From Chloroflexota bacterium (GTDB taxonomy: Bacteria > Chloroflexota > UBA6077 > SHYK01): 64,000 nucleotides of DNA. Every line of letters begins with the position of its first letter. Position 1 is the stretch's first letter. A model generated the notes under the pieces. The model saw only the letters and a program-made list of their open reading frames with translations, made no database searches and was not told the DNA's origin. Position numbers and translations under genes: made by a program. Below, one piece after another: positions 8,811 through 17,892 of this stretch. The DNA lies in NCBI GenBank assembly GCA_009692845.1, contig SHYK01000001.1, positions 438,359-502,358 of the forward strand. Direction: 5' to 3'.

Positions 8811-10613
8811 CTACTGCAGGCTCCCTTCGGACGTCTGCCCGGGAATCTCGCTTCGGAAGCGTTGAATCACGTCGGCGACGGCAATGGCGCCTAGATTTTC
8901 GCCAGCCCGGGTTCGAACTGCGGCAGCTCCGCTCTCGGCTTCGCGATCTCCAATGACCAGCATGTAGGGAATCTTTTGGAGCTGCGCGTCCCGGATTTTG
9001 TGGTTCAGGTTTTCGCGGCGCACGTCCAGTTCGACCCGGAATCCCGCGTCTCGGAGGTTGTGGACGACACCCTGTGCATGCTCAGTGTGACGGTCGGCAA
9101 TCGGGAGGACCACCGCCTGGACGGGCGCGATCCAGAACGGGAACGCGCCCGCGTAGTGCTCAACCAGCATGGCGATGAATCGCTCAAAGCTGCCAAAGAT
9201 GGCTCGGTGGATCACCACCGGCCGATAGCGCTGCTGATCGTCCCCGACGTAGGTTAGGTCGAATCGCTCCGGGAGCTGATAGTCGAGCTGGATTGTGGCG
9301 CACTGCCATTCGCGTCCCAAGGCGTCGGTGACGTGAATGTCGATCTTGGGTCCGTAGAAAGCGGCGTCGCCTTCCTTGACTAGGTACGGGATGTCATTGG
9401 AGATCAGCGCGTCGCGCAGGTTGTTCTCGGCCCGCTCCCAAGTTTCGAGATCGCCCAGGTAGCTCTCTGGGTTTCGGGTCGAAAGCTCCATCTGATATTC
9501 CAAACCAAATAGGGCGTAGACCTGCTTGACCAGCCGAAGTAGATCGGAGATCTCACTCTCGATCTGGTCTGGCCGCACGAACAGGTGCGCGTCATCCTGA
9601 CAGAACTGACGAACCCTGGTGAGTCCTGAGAGATTTCCGGACTCTTCGTTCCTGTGGAGGACGCTCTGGTCGTGAATCCGGAGCGGGAGATCGCGATAGG
9701 ACCTCAACTCGCTGCCGTAGACGAGCATGTGGCCAGGGCAGTTCATGGGCTTGAGTCCCATCTGCTGGTCTTCAACGTCCAGAACGAACATGTTGTCGCG
9801 GAACTTGTCCCAGTGACCGCTGGTCTCCCAGAGCGCCCGGTTGAAAAGGAGCGGTGAGCGGACCTCCACGTAACCCCCGTCGTGCACGAGCAAACGCCGC
9901 ATGTAGTCGGACAGGGTCTGATAGAGCACCGTGCCTTTGGGGAGCCAGAACGCCTCGCCTGGCGCATAGGGGTGGAACATGAACAGTCCCAGCTCCCGCC
10001 CCAGTTTGCGATGATCGCGCTTCTCGGCCTCCTCGATCTGCCAGAGGTAGTGGTCGAGCTCTTCCTGGGAGTGCCAGGTCGTCCCGTAGATGCGCTGGAG
10101 CTGGGGTCGCCGCTGGTCGCCCCGCCAATATGCTCCGGAGATCTCCAGGAGCTTAAACGCGCCGATCTCGCCACTGTGCTTGACGTGGGGGCCGCGGCAG
10201 AGGTCCACAAAGTCGCCGGTTCGATAGAGGCTCGCCGAAGTGACGTTGGCCGGGTCGACGTCCACATCTTCGTGGCTGCCCACCCGGGTGGTGCCTCGCT
10301 CGCGGAGGTCGGTGAGCAGCTCCACTTTGAAGTCCTGGCCCGCCGCGCGAAAACGCTCCAGTGCGCCGTCGATCGTGACCTCTTCGCGCTCGAAGATATG
10401 CTGCTCGGCCGCGATTCGGCGCATCTCCTCTTCGATGCGGGGGAGGTCCTCCCGAGTTATTCCCCCCGGGATGTCCATGTCGTAGTAGAAGCGATTTTCG
10501 ATGGCCGGGCCGACGCCGAGCTTGGTCCCGGGGAATAGGTGCTCCACCGCGGCGGCCATCACGTGCGCGGCGCTGTGTCGCATGGTCGTCAGGTCTGGCT
10601 GCGGCTCCGTCAT
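8811..10613 (-). CDS. thrS: threonine--tRNA ligase (no N-terminal TGS domain)
   Basis: ORF 8811..10631. The editing-domain HSAAHVMAAAVEH appears at about residue 13, followed by the class II core and an anticodon-binding domain. Start chosen at ATG 10613, 6 nt after AAGGAG (10625-10620); GTG 10631 is an alternative. Confidence 0.95.
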   Translation of the reverse strand: MTEPQPDLTTMRHSAAHVMAAAVEHLFPGTKLGVGPAIENRFYYDMDIPGGITREDLPRIEEEMRRIAAEQHIFEREEVTIDGALERFRAAGQDFKVELLTDLRERGTTRVGSHEDVDVDPANVTSASLYRTGDFVDLCRGPHVKHSGEIGAFKLLEISGAYWRGDQRRPQLQRIYGTTWHSQEELDHYLWQIEEAEKRDHRKLGRELGLFMFHPYAPGEAFWLPKGTVLYQTLSDYMRRLLVHDGGYVEVRSPLLFNRALWETSGHWDKFRDNMFVLDVEDQQMGLKPMNCPGHMLVYGSELRSYRDLPLRIHDQSVLHRNEESGNLSGLTRVRQFCQDDAHLFVRPDQIESEISDLLRLVKQVYALFGLEYQMELSTRNPESYLGDLETWERAENNLRDALISNDIPYLVKEGDAAFYGPKIDIHVTDALGREWQCATIQLDYQLPERFDLTYVGDDQQRYRPVVIHRAIFGSFERFIAMLVEHYAGAFPFWIAPVQAVVLPIADRHTEHAQGVVHNLRDAGFRVELDVRRENLNHKIRDAQLQKIPYMLVIGDREAESGAAAVRTRAGENLGAIAVADVIQRFRSEIPGQTSEGSLQ

Positions 10614-10631
10614 CGACTGCTCCTTTGTCAC

Positions 10632-10666
10632 AAATAAAAAGACCTCTCGTCCTGGGACGAGAGGTC
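10632..10666 (-). terminator. T-box terminator hairpin
   Basis: GACCTCTCGTC-CCAG-GACGAGAGGTC forms an 11-bp stem on the minus strand, followed by TTTTTATTT. Confidence 0.85.
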
Positions 10667-10925
10667 ACTCGCGGTTCCACCCAGGTTCCCCCCGATGGAA
10701 TCGGGGGACGCCTCGCCGGCCTGATAACCGAGGCAACCGGGTTCTCGCTCGCCCTCATTTATCGGCTCGGCTGAACTACCTGCTCGGAGTTCCCGACGAG
10801 CCTGATCTGAGTTTCGCGAGTCAGCTCTGAGGTGGTTTTCGTCGGTTCTTGCGTGGCCGCGCTCTCAGCGCGTGCGGGCCTCTCTGAACGCCGATCTCCG
10901 ACTACTCGTCCTCTTCGCAGCCTTT
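10632..10925 (-). promoter_or_regulatory. T-box leader (threonine specifier)
   Basis: The minus strand shows GCGAAGAGGACGAGTA (GA/K-turn-like), CAGAGAG (AG bulge) and CCGACGAAAACCACC (ACC followed by A in the specifier region). The T-box sequence AACCTGGGTGGAACCGCGAG follows, then a terminator hairpin just upstream of the thrS SD. Confidence 0.85.
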
Positions 10926-10931
10926 CACTCT

Positions 10932-11008
10932 TGGTGGGCAAGAAGGGGCTCGAACCCCTGACCTCCACGATGTCAACGTGGCGCTCTAACCAGCTGAGCT
11001 ACTTGCCC
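10932..11008 (-). tRNA. tRNA-Val (anticodon GAC), CCA encoded
   Basis: The reverse complement is GGGCAAGTAGCTCAGCTGGTTAGAGCGCCACGTTGACATCGTGGAGGTCAGGGGTTCGAGCCCCTTCTTGCCCACCA. It folds as a cloverleaf with acceptor GGGCAAG/CTTGCCC, anticodon loop TTGACAT and T-loop GGTTCGAGCC. Confidence 0.95.
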
Positions 11009-11017
11009 TGATTCTGA

Positions 11018-11047
11018 ATCATAGCCATCAGGCACGGCCACGGTCAA
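11018..11047 (-). promoter_or_regulatory. sigma70-like promoter for tRNA-Val (and probably the T-box-thrS-infC unit)
   Basis: The minus strand reads TTGACC (11047-11042), an 18-nt spacer, then TATGAT (11023-11018). The mature tRNA 5' end follows 9 nt later. Confidence 0.55.
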
Positions 11048-11108
11048 TACCTGATCGCTGGAGTGTGAAAAAGGCACCAGCGTCGAGTATCCACCCGAGG
11101 GCGCGTCT

Positions 11109-11114
11109 TACAAT
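11109..11114 (+). promoter_or_regulatory. candidate -10 box (TACAAT) 6 nt upstream of the panE GTG
   Basis: The sequence is TACAAT-CACCGG-GTG. There is no SD and no convincing -35 hexamer. Confidence 0.3.
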
Positions 11115-11120
11115 CACCGG

Positions 11121-12107
11121 GTGCAGCCGGAGCAAGCTTCCTTCGTCATTGTCGGGGCCGGAGCGGTGGGGACCGTGCTGGCCGGGTGTCTGGCCAGGGC
11201 TGCGCATCGGGTCACCCTCATAACCCGTCCCAGTTACGTCGCTCAGATGAACGACGGCCTGCTGCGCGTTTTCGGAATCAGCGATTTCGAGGTCCGAGTG
11301 CAGGTGGCCGGGGAGCTCCATGAGGGATCGCCGGACTATCTGATTCTGGCGGTGAAGACGCCGGATACCGAGGGTGCGCTGGCGGCGGTACAGGGGCTGG
11401 CTCCAAAGACGGTTCTCTCGCTCCAGAATGGGCTGGCCAAAGACCAAATCCTTTCGAAGGTATTTGGGCGAGAAAAGGTGCTGGGGGCGACCAGCATCAT
11501 CGGAGCCAGCATGGTTCAGCCGGGAGTTGCCGAGCACACTTTCAACGGGGCCACACTGCTCGGGGAGCTGGAAGGAGCACCAAGCGAGCGAGCGATGCGG
11601 CTGGCCGATATCCTCTCATGGGCCGGCTTGCGTGCGGAGGTGACGGACAACATCGGGGCGGCCGAGTGGTCGAAGCTTTGCCAGTACGCACCCGCCGCCC
11701 TTGTCTCGGTTTTGAGTCGCCTTCCTTACTATCAGATCTGTTTGAGCGAGCCACTGGCCGAAGTCTTTGTGCAATTGACTCGCGAGTGCGCGGCGGTCGC
11801 AACCGCCTGTGGCTCCGAGGTGGGCGACTATCCCGGTTTCAACATCAAGAGCCTGGTCGAAGTCTCGGAATCCGAAGCCGTACGATCGATCGTGGAGCGG
11901 GGAGAGGACATGGAGAGACGCGGAATGACGGGCATGCGCATCTCGATGTTGCAAGACGTTGAGCGTGGCCATCCGACCGAATTGGAAGAAACGATCGGGG
12001 ACGTTGTGCGGCGGGGCGCGGAAGCGAACGTGCCGGTGCCGTGGATGCGGCTCGGCTACCTCGTGGTGCGCGGGATCGAAGCCAACTGGCGGCGTCCCAC
12101 CCGATGA
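11121..12107 (+). CDS. panE: 2-dehydropantoate 2-reductase (ApbA/PanE family)
   Basis: 328 aa. It has the N-terminal Rossmann motif FVIVGAGAVGTVLAG, and its length and C-terminal domain are typical of ketopantoate reductases. Confidence 0.8.
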   Translation: MQPEQASFVIVGAGAVGTVLAGCLARAAHRVTLITRPSYVAQMNDGLLRVFGISDFEVRVQVAGELHEGSPDYLILAVKTPDTEGALAAVQGLAPKTVLSLQNGLAKDQILSKVFGREKVLGATSIIGASMVQPGVAEHTFNGATLLGELEGAPSERAMRLADILSWAGLRAEVTDNIGAAEWSKLCQYAPAALVSVLSRLPYYQICLSEPLAEVFVQLTRECAAVATACGSEVGDYPGFNIKSLVEVSESEAVRSIVERGEDMERRGMTGMRISMLQDVERGHPTELEETIGDVVRRGAEANVPVPWMRLGYLVVRGIEANWRRPTR

Positions 12108-12472
12108 CGGATGTCATTCGGCTCAACCGAATGAGCTTCTTTGGCCACCACGGGGTGCTCCCTGAAGAGCAGAAGCTGGGCCAGCGCTACGAGGTGGATC
12201 TGGAGGTTCGGTCGGACCTGCAGGCGGCCGGTCTAACGGATGACCTTGACGCGACGTTGAACTATTCGGAGCTGTACCGAACGACTGAGTCGATCATCGT
12301 CGGGTCACCCCGGCGGCTCATCGAAGCGCTGGCTGAGCGGATCGCCACTGCGGTGCTGGAGCGGTTTGGGTCCGCGCAAAGTGTCGTGGTCCGGGTGCGC
12401 AAGCTGCATCCACCAATTGAAGGGGCTTTCCTCGAGAGCTCCGAAGTGGAGATCGAGCGATGGCGACTTTGA
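12104..12472 (+). CDS. folB: dihydroneopterin aldolase
   Basis: This is the frame of ORF 12041..12472. ATG 12104 overlaps the panE stop (ATGA). RLNRMSFFGHHGVLPEEQKLGQRYEVDLEV is the FolB signature region. Confidence 0.85.
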   Translation: MTDVIRLNRMSFFGHHGVLPEEQKLGQRYEVDLEVRSDLQAAGLTDDLDATLNYSELYRTTESIIVGSPRRLIEALAERIATAVLERFGSAQSVVVRVRKLHPPIEGAFLESSEVEIERWRL

Positions 12473-13017
12473 CCGGCGGCGTCGACGGTATTCCAACTGG
12501 AGTCCTCGGAAGGGACTCTATTCGGGAGCTGTTGAAGGCGCCTGATCCGATCGTTGACCGAATTCGCGACGTTGACGCCCAGCTGCAGCCGCATGGCATC
12601 GACCTCACGGTTGAGGCGGTTTGGCAATTCGCCGGGCGGGGCGCTCTGGGGCCGGAGCGGCGGCTTCCCGATCGGATTCGAGCGGTTTCCTCTGACGGTT
12701 GGTACCAGTTGGCACCAGGCTCATACGTAGTGACGCTGTATGAGTCGATCAAGCTGCCCGAGGACTTGATGGCGCTGATTTTTCCTCGGTCGACGTTGCT
12801 GCGTTGCGGGGGGCGCCTGGGGACGGCGGTGATTGATGCCGGGTATCAGGGGCAGCTCGAGGTGCTGCTTTCGGTAGAAAATCCGTTCGGGCTGAGCCTG
12901 GCGGCCGCGGCCACGCTTTGCCAGGTCGTTTTCTTTCCATTGAGCGAGAAAGTGGAAGGCTATCAAGGGTTCTATCAAGGGAAATATCTAAATGAAGATG
13001 TGTCCTCTCAGGGTTAG
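12460..13017 (+). CDS. dCTP deaminase/dUTPase-superfamily protein
   Basis: 185 aa. LQPHGIDLTV, LIFPRSTLLRCG and VIDAGYQGQLEVLL resemble the dCTP deaminase / archaeal-type dUTPase fold. It overlaps the folB end by 13 nt. Confidence 0.7.
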   Translation: MATLTGGVDGIPTGVLGRDSIRELLKAPDPIVDRIRDVDAQLQPHGIDLTVEAVWQFAGRGALGPERRLPDRIRAVSSDGWYQLAPGSYVVTLYESIKLPEDLMALIFPRSTLLRCGGRLGTAVIDAGYQGQLEVLLSVENPFGLSLAAAATLCQVVFFPLSEKVEGYQGFYQGKYLNEDVSSQG

Positions 13018-13066
13018 CCGAGTGCCTATGGGTCATGCATAATCCAATAGAGCACCCAATTGGGAA

Positions 13067-15130
13067 ATGGGCTGGAGCGAAGCTTTGAGTGATGGAGTCT
13101 CGGTCGTGGGGAATCTTGGTCATCCGGCTGGGCGAGGCTGGATCGCCGTTGCGGGCGCCTCTACGCTACTCGGGGTTGCTCTAGCCATCAGCGTGGCATT
13201 TCAGCTGGCTTATGCCGACCGCATAGTCGCCGGCGTAAAGGTTCTGGGACTAGACCTGGGAGGCCAGACGCCTCCGGTTGGTCGGGCTCTGTTGGAGACC
13301 AGTGCCGCTCAGCTTGGTCAGCAGTTGGTGACGCTCAAGGCGGGAGGCCGAGAGTGGCAGCTAAGTGTCGTCGATCTGGGCACCCAGATGGACGCCGACG
13401 CAATGGTGCAACAGGCCTATGAAATCGGGAGGGCGGGCAATCCCCTGCAGCGGGTCGGGGCCCAGTGGAGCGCGCTGTTCTTTGGCACTCGCTTTGTCAG
13501 CCCCGTGGTGCAGTTCGATTCCGAGCGGCAAGATGCCGTGCTCCAGCGCATCGCCGCCGAGATCGATCAGCCGTCCCTGAACGCTCGCATTGATCCTCAA
13601 ATTAGCCAGGATGGGCGGGTGAGCTTCGCCACGGTTCCTGAACGTCCGGGCAGCCGCCTGCGCATCTCGGAGTCTGCCCAACGCGTGCGGGAGGCCATTT
13701 CTCGGGGATTACCGGCCACGGTGGACCTGATAATCGGAATCGAGCAGCCGGGGCTCACGACGGCCAACGTCGAGTCCGTCCGGTCCCGAGCCAGTCAAAT
13801 GGCCGCTGGTCCCGTGGCTTTGAGCTACGGATCGTCGACCTGGGACCTCAGTCCTCAGGAAATCGCGCGAACTATCGCTTTCCAGAGTGCGGGAGGGGCT
13901 GACCTCCGAATTGCCGTGGACCCTGACACCCTGAGCAGGGTGGCGAATCGAATCGACGCCCAGCTAGGTCAGCCCGCGACGAATGCTCGTTTCGACTGGA
14001 ATGGGGGCTCTCCTCGGCCCATTCGAGCGAGCCAGGATGGCATGGGGGTAGATTTCGCTGCGCTCGCACAAACGTTGCAGGACCGGTTGCCCGCCGAGCG
14101 GAGCTTCGCGATTCCGCTGACCACGACCCGCGCGTTAGTTACCGCGGATGATGGCGCCAAGCTGGGGTTGAAGGAGTTGATCAAACAAGGCCGTACCACA
14201 TTTCCGGGCGCTACGGCGGAGAAGCAATTCAACATCAAGCTGGCATCTTCTCGGCTGGACGGGACGGTGGTAGCACCTGGAGAGCTGTTCTCGTTCAACA
14301 AGGAAGTTGGTCCGACGACCCTCGAGGCCGGCTTCAAAACCGGGTGGGGAATCACCCTTTCGGATACCGGCGCCCACACCATTCCCTCGGTCGCGGGCGG
14401 AATCTGCCAGGTTGCGACCACCCTGTTTCAGCCGATTTTCCACGCCGGCTACGCCATCGAAGAGCGAAACTACCATCTCTACTGGATCCAATCTTATGGA
14501 CAGGCGCCACTCGGGATGAAGGGCCTCGATGCCACTGTGGATGAGGCCTATGGGCTGGATCTCCGATTTATCAACAATACGACGGACTATCTGCTGGTTG
14601 GGTCGCGGGTTGAAGGAACGACGCTCTTGTTCGACCTCTACGGAACCAAGCCGACCTGGGACGTAAAAATTGGCGCGCCGACTATCAGCAACGTCGTTCC
14701 AACCGATCCAACTCTGATTCGAGAGGTGGAGCCGACCATGCCTCCGGGCAGGTCATTGCAGGTCGAGACGGCCCAGGATGGATTCGACGTAACCGTCAAC
14801 CGGACCGTCACTCTGGGCGACGACGTCCGCCGGCTCCCGCTTCGGAGTCACTATCTGCCGGCCCACAACGTGATCCTGTTCGGGGGGGAGCTGCCCGCGG
14901 TCGAGGCCGACCCGAGCTCGCCCACCAATCCAGCGAGCCCACCTGGGTCGAATCAGAACACGTCGCCCGCCGTCACGCCCCAGCCCAACAGTGCGACCCC
15001 GGTCGCGACTGCGCAACCCACGAACGTGAGCGTCACCGCTCAGCCCACGGCCGGGCAGCCCACCGCGAGCGCGACGGCCGCACCGAAGCAAACCCAGCCA
15101 ATTGCCACTCTCCAGGCTCCCCGACCGTGA
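13067..15130 (+). CDS. VanW-family protein with G5-like domain and Pro-rich tail
   Basis: 687 aa with an N-terminal TM anchor. The VanW core is FSFNKEVGPTTLEAGFKTGWGI...GGICQVATTLFQPIFHAGY. A G5-like segment (VPTDPTLIREVEPTMPPGRSLQVETAQDGFDVTVNRTV) and a P/T/A/Q-rich C-terminus follow. Confidence 0.85.
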   Translation: MGWSEALSDGVSVVGNLGHPAGRGWIAVAGASTLLGVALAISVAFQLAYADRIVAGVKVLGLDLGGQTPPVGRALLETSAAQLGQQLVTLKAGGREWQLSVVDLGTQMDADAMVQQAYEIGRAGNPLQRVGAQWSALFFGTRFVSPVVQFDSERQDAVLQRIAAEIDQPSLNARIDPQISQDGRVSFATVPERPGSRLRISESAQRVREAISRGLPATVDLIIGIEQPGLTTANVESVRSRASQMAAGPVALSYGSSTWDLSPQEIARTIAFQSAGGADLRIAVDPDTLSRVANRIDAQLGQPATNARFDWNGGSPRPIRASQDGMGVDFAALAQTLQDRLPAERSFAIPLTTTRALVTADDGAKLGLKELIKQGRTTFPGATAEKQFNIKLASSRLDGTVVAPGELFSFNKEVGPTTLEAGFKTGWGITLSDTGAHTIPSVAGGICQVATTLFQPIFHAGYAIEERNYHLYWIQSYGQAPLGMKGLDATVDEAYGLDLRFINNTTDYLLVGSRVEGTTLLFDLYGTKPTWDVKIGAPTISNVVPTDPTLIREVEPTMPPGRSLQVETAQDGFDVTVNRTVTLGDDVRRLPLRSHYLPAHNVILFGGELPAVEADPSSPTNPASPPGSNQNTSPAVTPQPNSATPVATAQPTNVSVTAQPTAGQPTASATAAPKQTQPIATLQAPRP

Positions 15131-15771
15131 GCGTACCGCCGCGCACCGCACGCCGGACTCAAAATCGACAAGAGAACCGATTGCATGCCCGGGAGCGCCA
15201 GCGGCAACGCGAGCTCCGCGGCCGGCAATTTCGAATGGCGGCCTACATTGCCGCGGGGGTGGCGGTTCTGGTTGCGATCGTCGTCGGGATGGTACTCTCT
15301 TCGAGGACGCAACCTGGGCGAACGGTGTCCCTTCAGGGGGCCGAACACATCGAGAAAGGCGCGCAGCACGTCGCTTATAACTCAAAGCCGCCGACGTCTG
15401 GACCCCACTGGAATATCGGCGGAGAGGCGCCGGCCAACTGGGGCATCTACGAAATCCCCATTGCCGATGAGGCGCAGATCCACAATCTGGAGCATGGCGG
15501 GATCATGATTCAGTACAACTGCAACGATTGTCTGGATCTGGTGAGTCAGCTCCAGGACTTCTACAACCGCTACGTGCCCGCTCACCGGATCCCGCTATTC
15601 CCGTCCAGCTCGAAGATCGTGATCGCTCCCTATCCGGACATGCCAACTCGGATCACGCTGACCGCCTGGGGCCGCATCGACACTTTCGACGCGTACGATG
15701 AAGATCGGATCGTGAAGTTCGTCGACGCATTCCGAGAGAAGGGAGCCCCCGAAGCCGGTCGCGTCCCCTAG
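15127..15771 (+). CDS. DUF3105-domain membrane protein
   Basis: 214 aa with a basic N-terminus and one TM helix. YNSKPPTSGPHW and HNLEHGGIMIQYN are DUF3105 signatures. The GTG start overlaps the VanW stop (GTGA). Confidence 0.8.
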   Translation: MSVPPRTARRTQNRQENRLHARERQRQRELRGRQFRMAAYIAAGVAVLVAIVVGMVLSSRTQPGRTVSLQGAEHIEKGAQHVAYNSKPPTSGPHWNIGGEAPANWGIYEIPIADEAQIHNLEHGGIMIQYNCNDCLDLVSQLQDFYNRYVPAHRIPLFPSSSKIVIAPYPDMPTRITLTAWGRIDTFDAYDEDRIVKFVDAFREKGAPEAGRVP

Positions 15772-15851
15772 GGCCACCTCCTGGGGCGGGCCTCACTCAA
15801 GCCCAGCGGCCAGGCCTCCGTGACCGCCCTATAATCGGGGTTCGCTTCTGA

Positions 15852-17372
15852 TTGCGCGGACGGGAGAATTGGACACTGGCTCAGCGAGGCCGACGAACCA
15901 GCGCGTACGCAACTAGAGATCTCACTCAGGGGAGCATTCCCCGAAATCTCTGGTTTCTGGGTTGGCCCCAGATTATATCGGGTGCCGTTAATGCTATCGA
16001 CACCCTGGCCGATTTGTTCTGGGCGGGTTTCCTCGGCTCCCGCGCGGTAGCCACGGTCGGAGTCGCCCAGACCTGGATCCAGCTGTTCAACACGGGGCGT
16101 ATGGGTCTGGATACATCGGCGCGGGCCATGGTTTCGCGGGCGGTCGGGTCCGGCAACCTCGCTCAGGCCAGCGACATCGCTCGCCAGTCGGTCATCTTCA
16201 ACGTCGGCCTGTCGCTCGTGGTGATGGTCATCGGCATCGGGCTCAGCGATTTTTTGCTGAAAGTGCTCGGGGTTTCCGACGCGTTAGTCGAGGAAGGGTC
16301 GACCTACCAGCGACTGCGATTCGCCGGGTCGTTTTTCTTTGGGTTGAACATGATCTCGGGATCATTGCTGCAGGCGGGCGGAGATACCCTCACGCCGATG
16401 AAGGCGCAGCTCGTCACTCGTGCCTCGCACCTGATCCTGAGTCCGGTCCTTACCTTCGGCTGGGGCGGCCTACCCGCGTTTGGAGTCTCTGGAGCGGCGA
16501 TCGCGAACGGGATCTCCCAGGGGATCGGGTCGGCGATGAATTTTTGGGCGCTCTACACCGGCACGTCCCGTATTCAATTGTCAATGAACAATCTCAAAGT
16601 TGAACTGCCACTCATGTGGAGGCAGGTGCAGATTGGTGGTCCGGCCTCAGTGACCGCGGCAGAGCGCGCAATCGCTCAGGTGGTGCTGGTGGGCCTGGCA
16701 GCCCCGTTCGGTACGGCCGGGCTAGCGGTGTTCTCGATCACCCAGCGGATACAGATGTTCGGAGGCTTTGGGGCGCAGGGCTTGGCGCAGGCATCTGGCG
16801 TGATCGTGGGGCAGAGCCTCGGCGCTCAACAGCCTAAGCGGGCGAAGGAGACCGTCTGGTGGGCGCTGGGTTACAACTTCGCCATCCAGGGCCTCGTCTG
16901 CGCACTCATCTTTGCATTCCCGGAGGCGGTGATCCTCGTCTTCAGTCGGGACCCGGAGGTGATGGAGATCGCAGGCACTTGGCTCCGCATCGAGGTTCTG
17001 GGCTACATGCTGTTCAGCCTGGCCAATGTGCTGGTGCTGTCGTTTAATACCGCCGGCGATACCACGATACCGATGTTGGCGGCGCTGGGCGGGATCTGGG
17101 GGGTCCAGCAGCCGGTGGCGATATTGCTAACTGGAGCCGCTGGCCGCTGGTTGCCGCCGAACCTGGCCGCGCTCGTGCCGATTTCGTGGAACCTGGGAAT
17201 CCTCGGGATCGCCTGGGCCAACGTGGCCGCGGCTATTGCTCGTTTCATATTTCTCTTTCTGTACTTCATGTGGGGCCCGTGGTGGAAAAAGAACGTGCTG
17301 CAGTTCTCGCAAGCACCGGTTGAGATCGTTCCGGAGCCCGCGGTGGTCCCCCCTCCGGTCGGGCTGCCCTAG
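15852..17372 (+). CDS. MATE-family efflux transporter
   Basis: 506 aa, about 12 TM helices. The N-terminus RDLTQGSIPRNLWFLGWPQ is typical of MATE/NorM. A TATAAT box at 15830-15835 lies upstream. Confidence 0.85.
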   Translation: MRGRENWTLAQRGRRTSAYATRDLTQGSIPRNLWFLGWPQIISGAVNAIDTLADLFWAGFLGSRAVATVGVAQTWIQLFNTGRMGLDTSARAMVSRAVGSGNLAQASDIARQSVIFNVGLSLVVMVIGIGLSDFLLKVLGVSDALVEEGSTYQRLRFAGSFFFGLNMISGSLLQAGGDTLTPMKAQLVTRASHLILSPVLTFGWGGLPAFGVSGAAIANGISQGIGSAMNFWALYTGTSRIQLSMNNLKVELPLMWRQVQIGGPASVTAAERAIAQVVLVGLAAPFGTAGLAVFSITQRIQMFGGFGAQGLAQASGVIVGQSLGAQQPKRAKETVWWALGYNFAIQGLVCALIFAFPEAVILVFSRDPEVMEIAGTWLRIEVLGYMLFSLANVLVLSFNTAGDTTIPMLAALGGIWGVQQPVAILLTGAAGRWLPPNLAALVPISWNLGILGIAWANVAAAIARFIFLFLYFMWGPWWKKNVLQFSQAPVEIVPEPAVVPPPVGLP

Positions 17373-17403
17373 TAGCGCATGTCGGCACAAGACCCAGACC
17401 GGT

Positions 17404-17850
17404 CGCCGAGGCTCGTATGCCACGCGCGATCTCACTCAAGGTAGCATTTCGCGGAACCTGTGGTTTCTCGGATGGCCACAGATCGTGGCCGGGTTGGTCA
17501 ATGCCATCGACCAGATCGGCGATTTGTTCTGGGCGGGTTTCATCGGCTCTCGAGCGATCGCTAGCATCGGCGTCGCCCAAACCTGGATCCAGCTTTCAAC
17601 ACCGGCCGGATGGGCCTCGATACCGATGCACGGGCGATGGTCTCGCGTGCGGTGGGCGCAGGCGACATGCCATCGGCCAACAACATCACCCGCCCGGGCC
17701 TGTTCTTCAATCTTGGCTTCACAGCGATTGTGATGGGCCTGGCAATCATCCTCAGCGACTTTCTGCTGCGAGTCTGGGTGTATCGGAGAGCCTGGTAGAG
17801 GAGGGCACGACCTACCAGCGGCTTCGGGTTCGCAGGTTCGATGTGTTTTG
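17404..17850 (+). pseudogene. decayed, truncated paralog of the MATE gene 5' region
   Basis: Three ORF-track fragments in three different frames (17236..17733, 17610..17798, 17417..17869) together reproduce residues ~17-165 of the upstream MATE protein. Examples: RDLTQGSISRNLWFLGWPQ, GRMGLDT.ARAMVSRAVG and LVEEGTTYQRLR. At least two frameshifts are needed, and homology stops at about 17850. Confidence 0.7.
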
Positions 17851-17892
17851 TCTGAAGTCGCGGTGCTGAAGGGTTGGTACCCGCTGTCTCGT

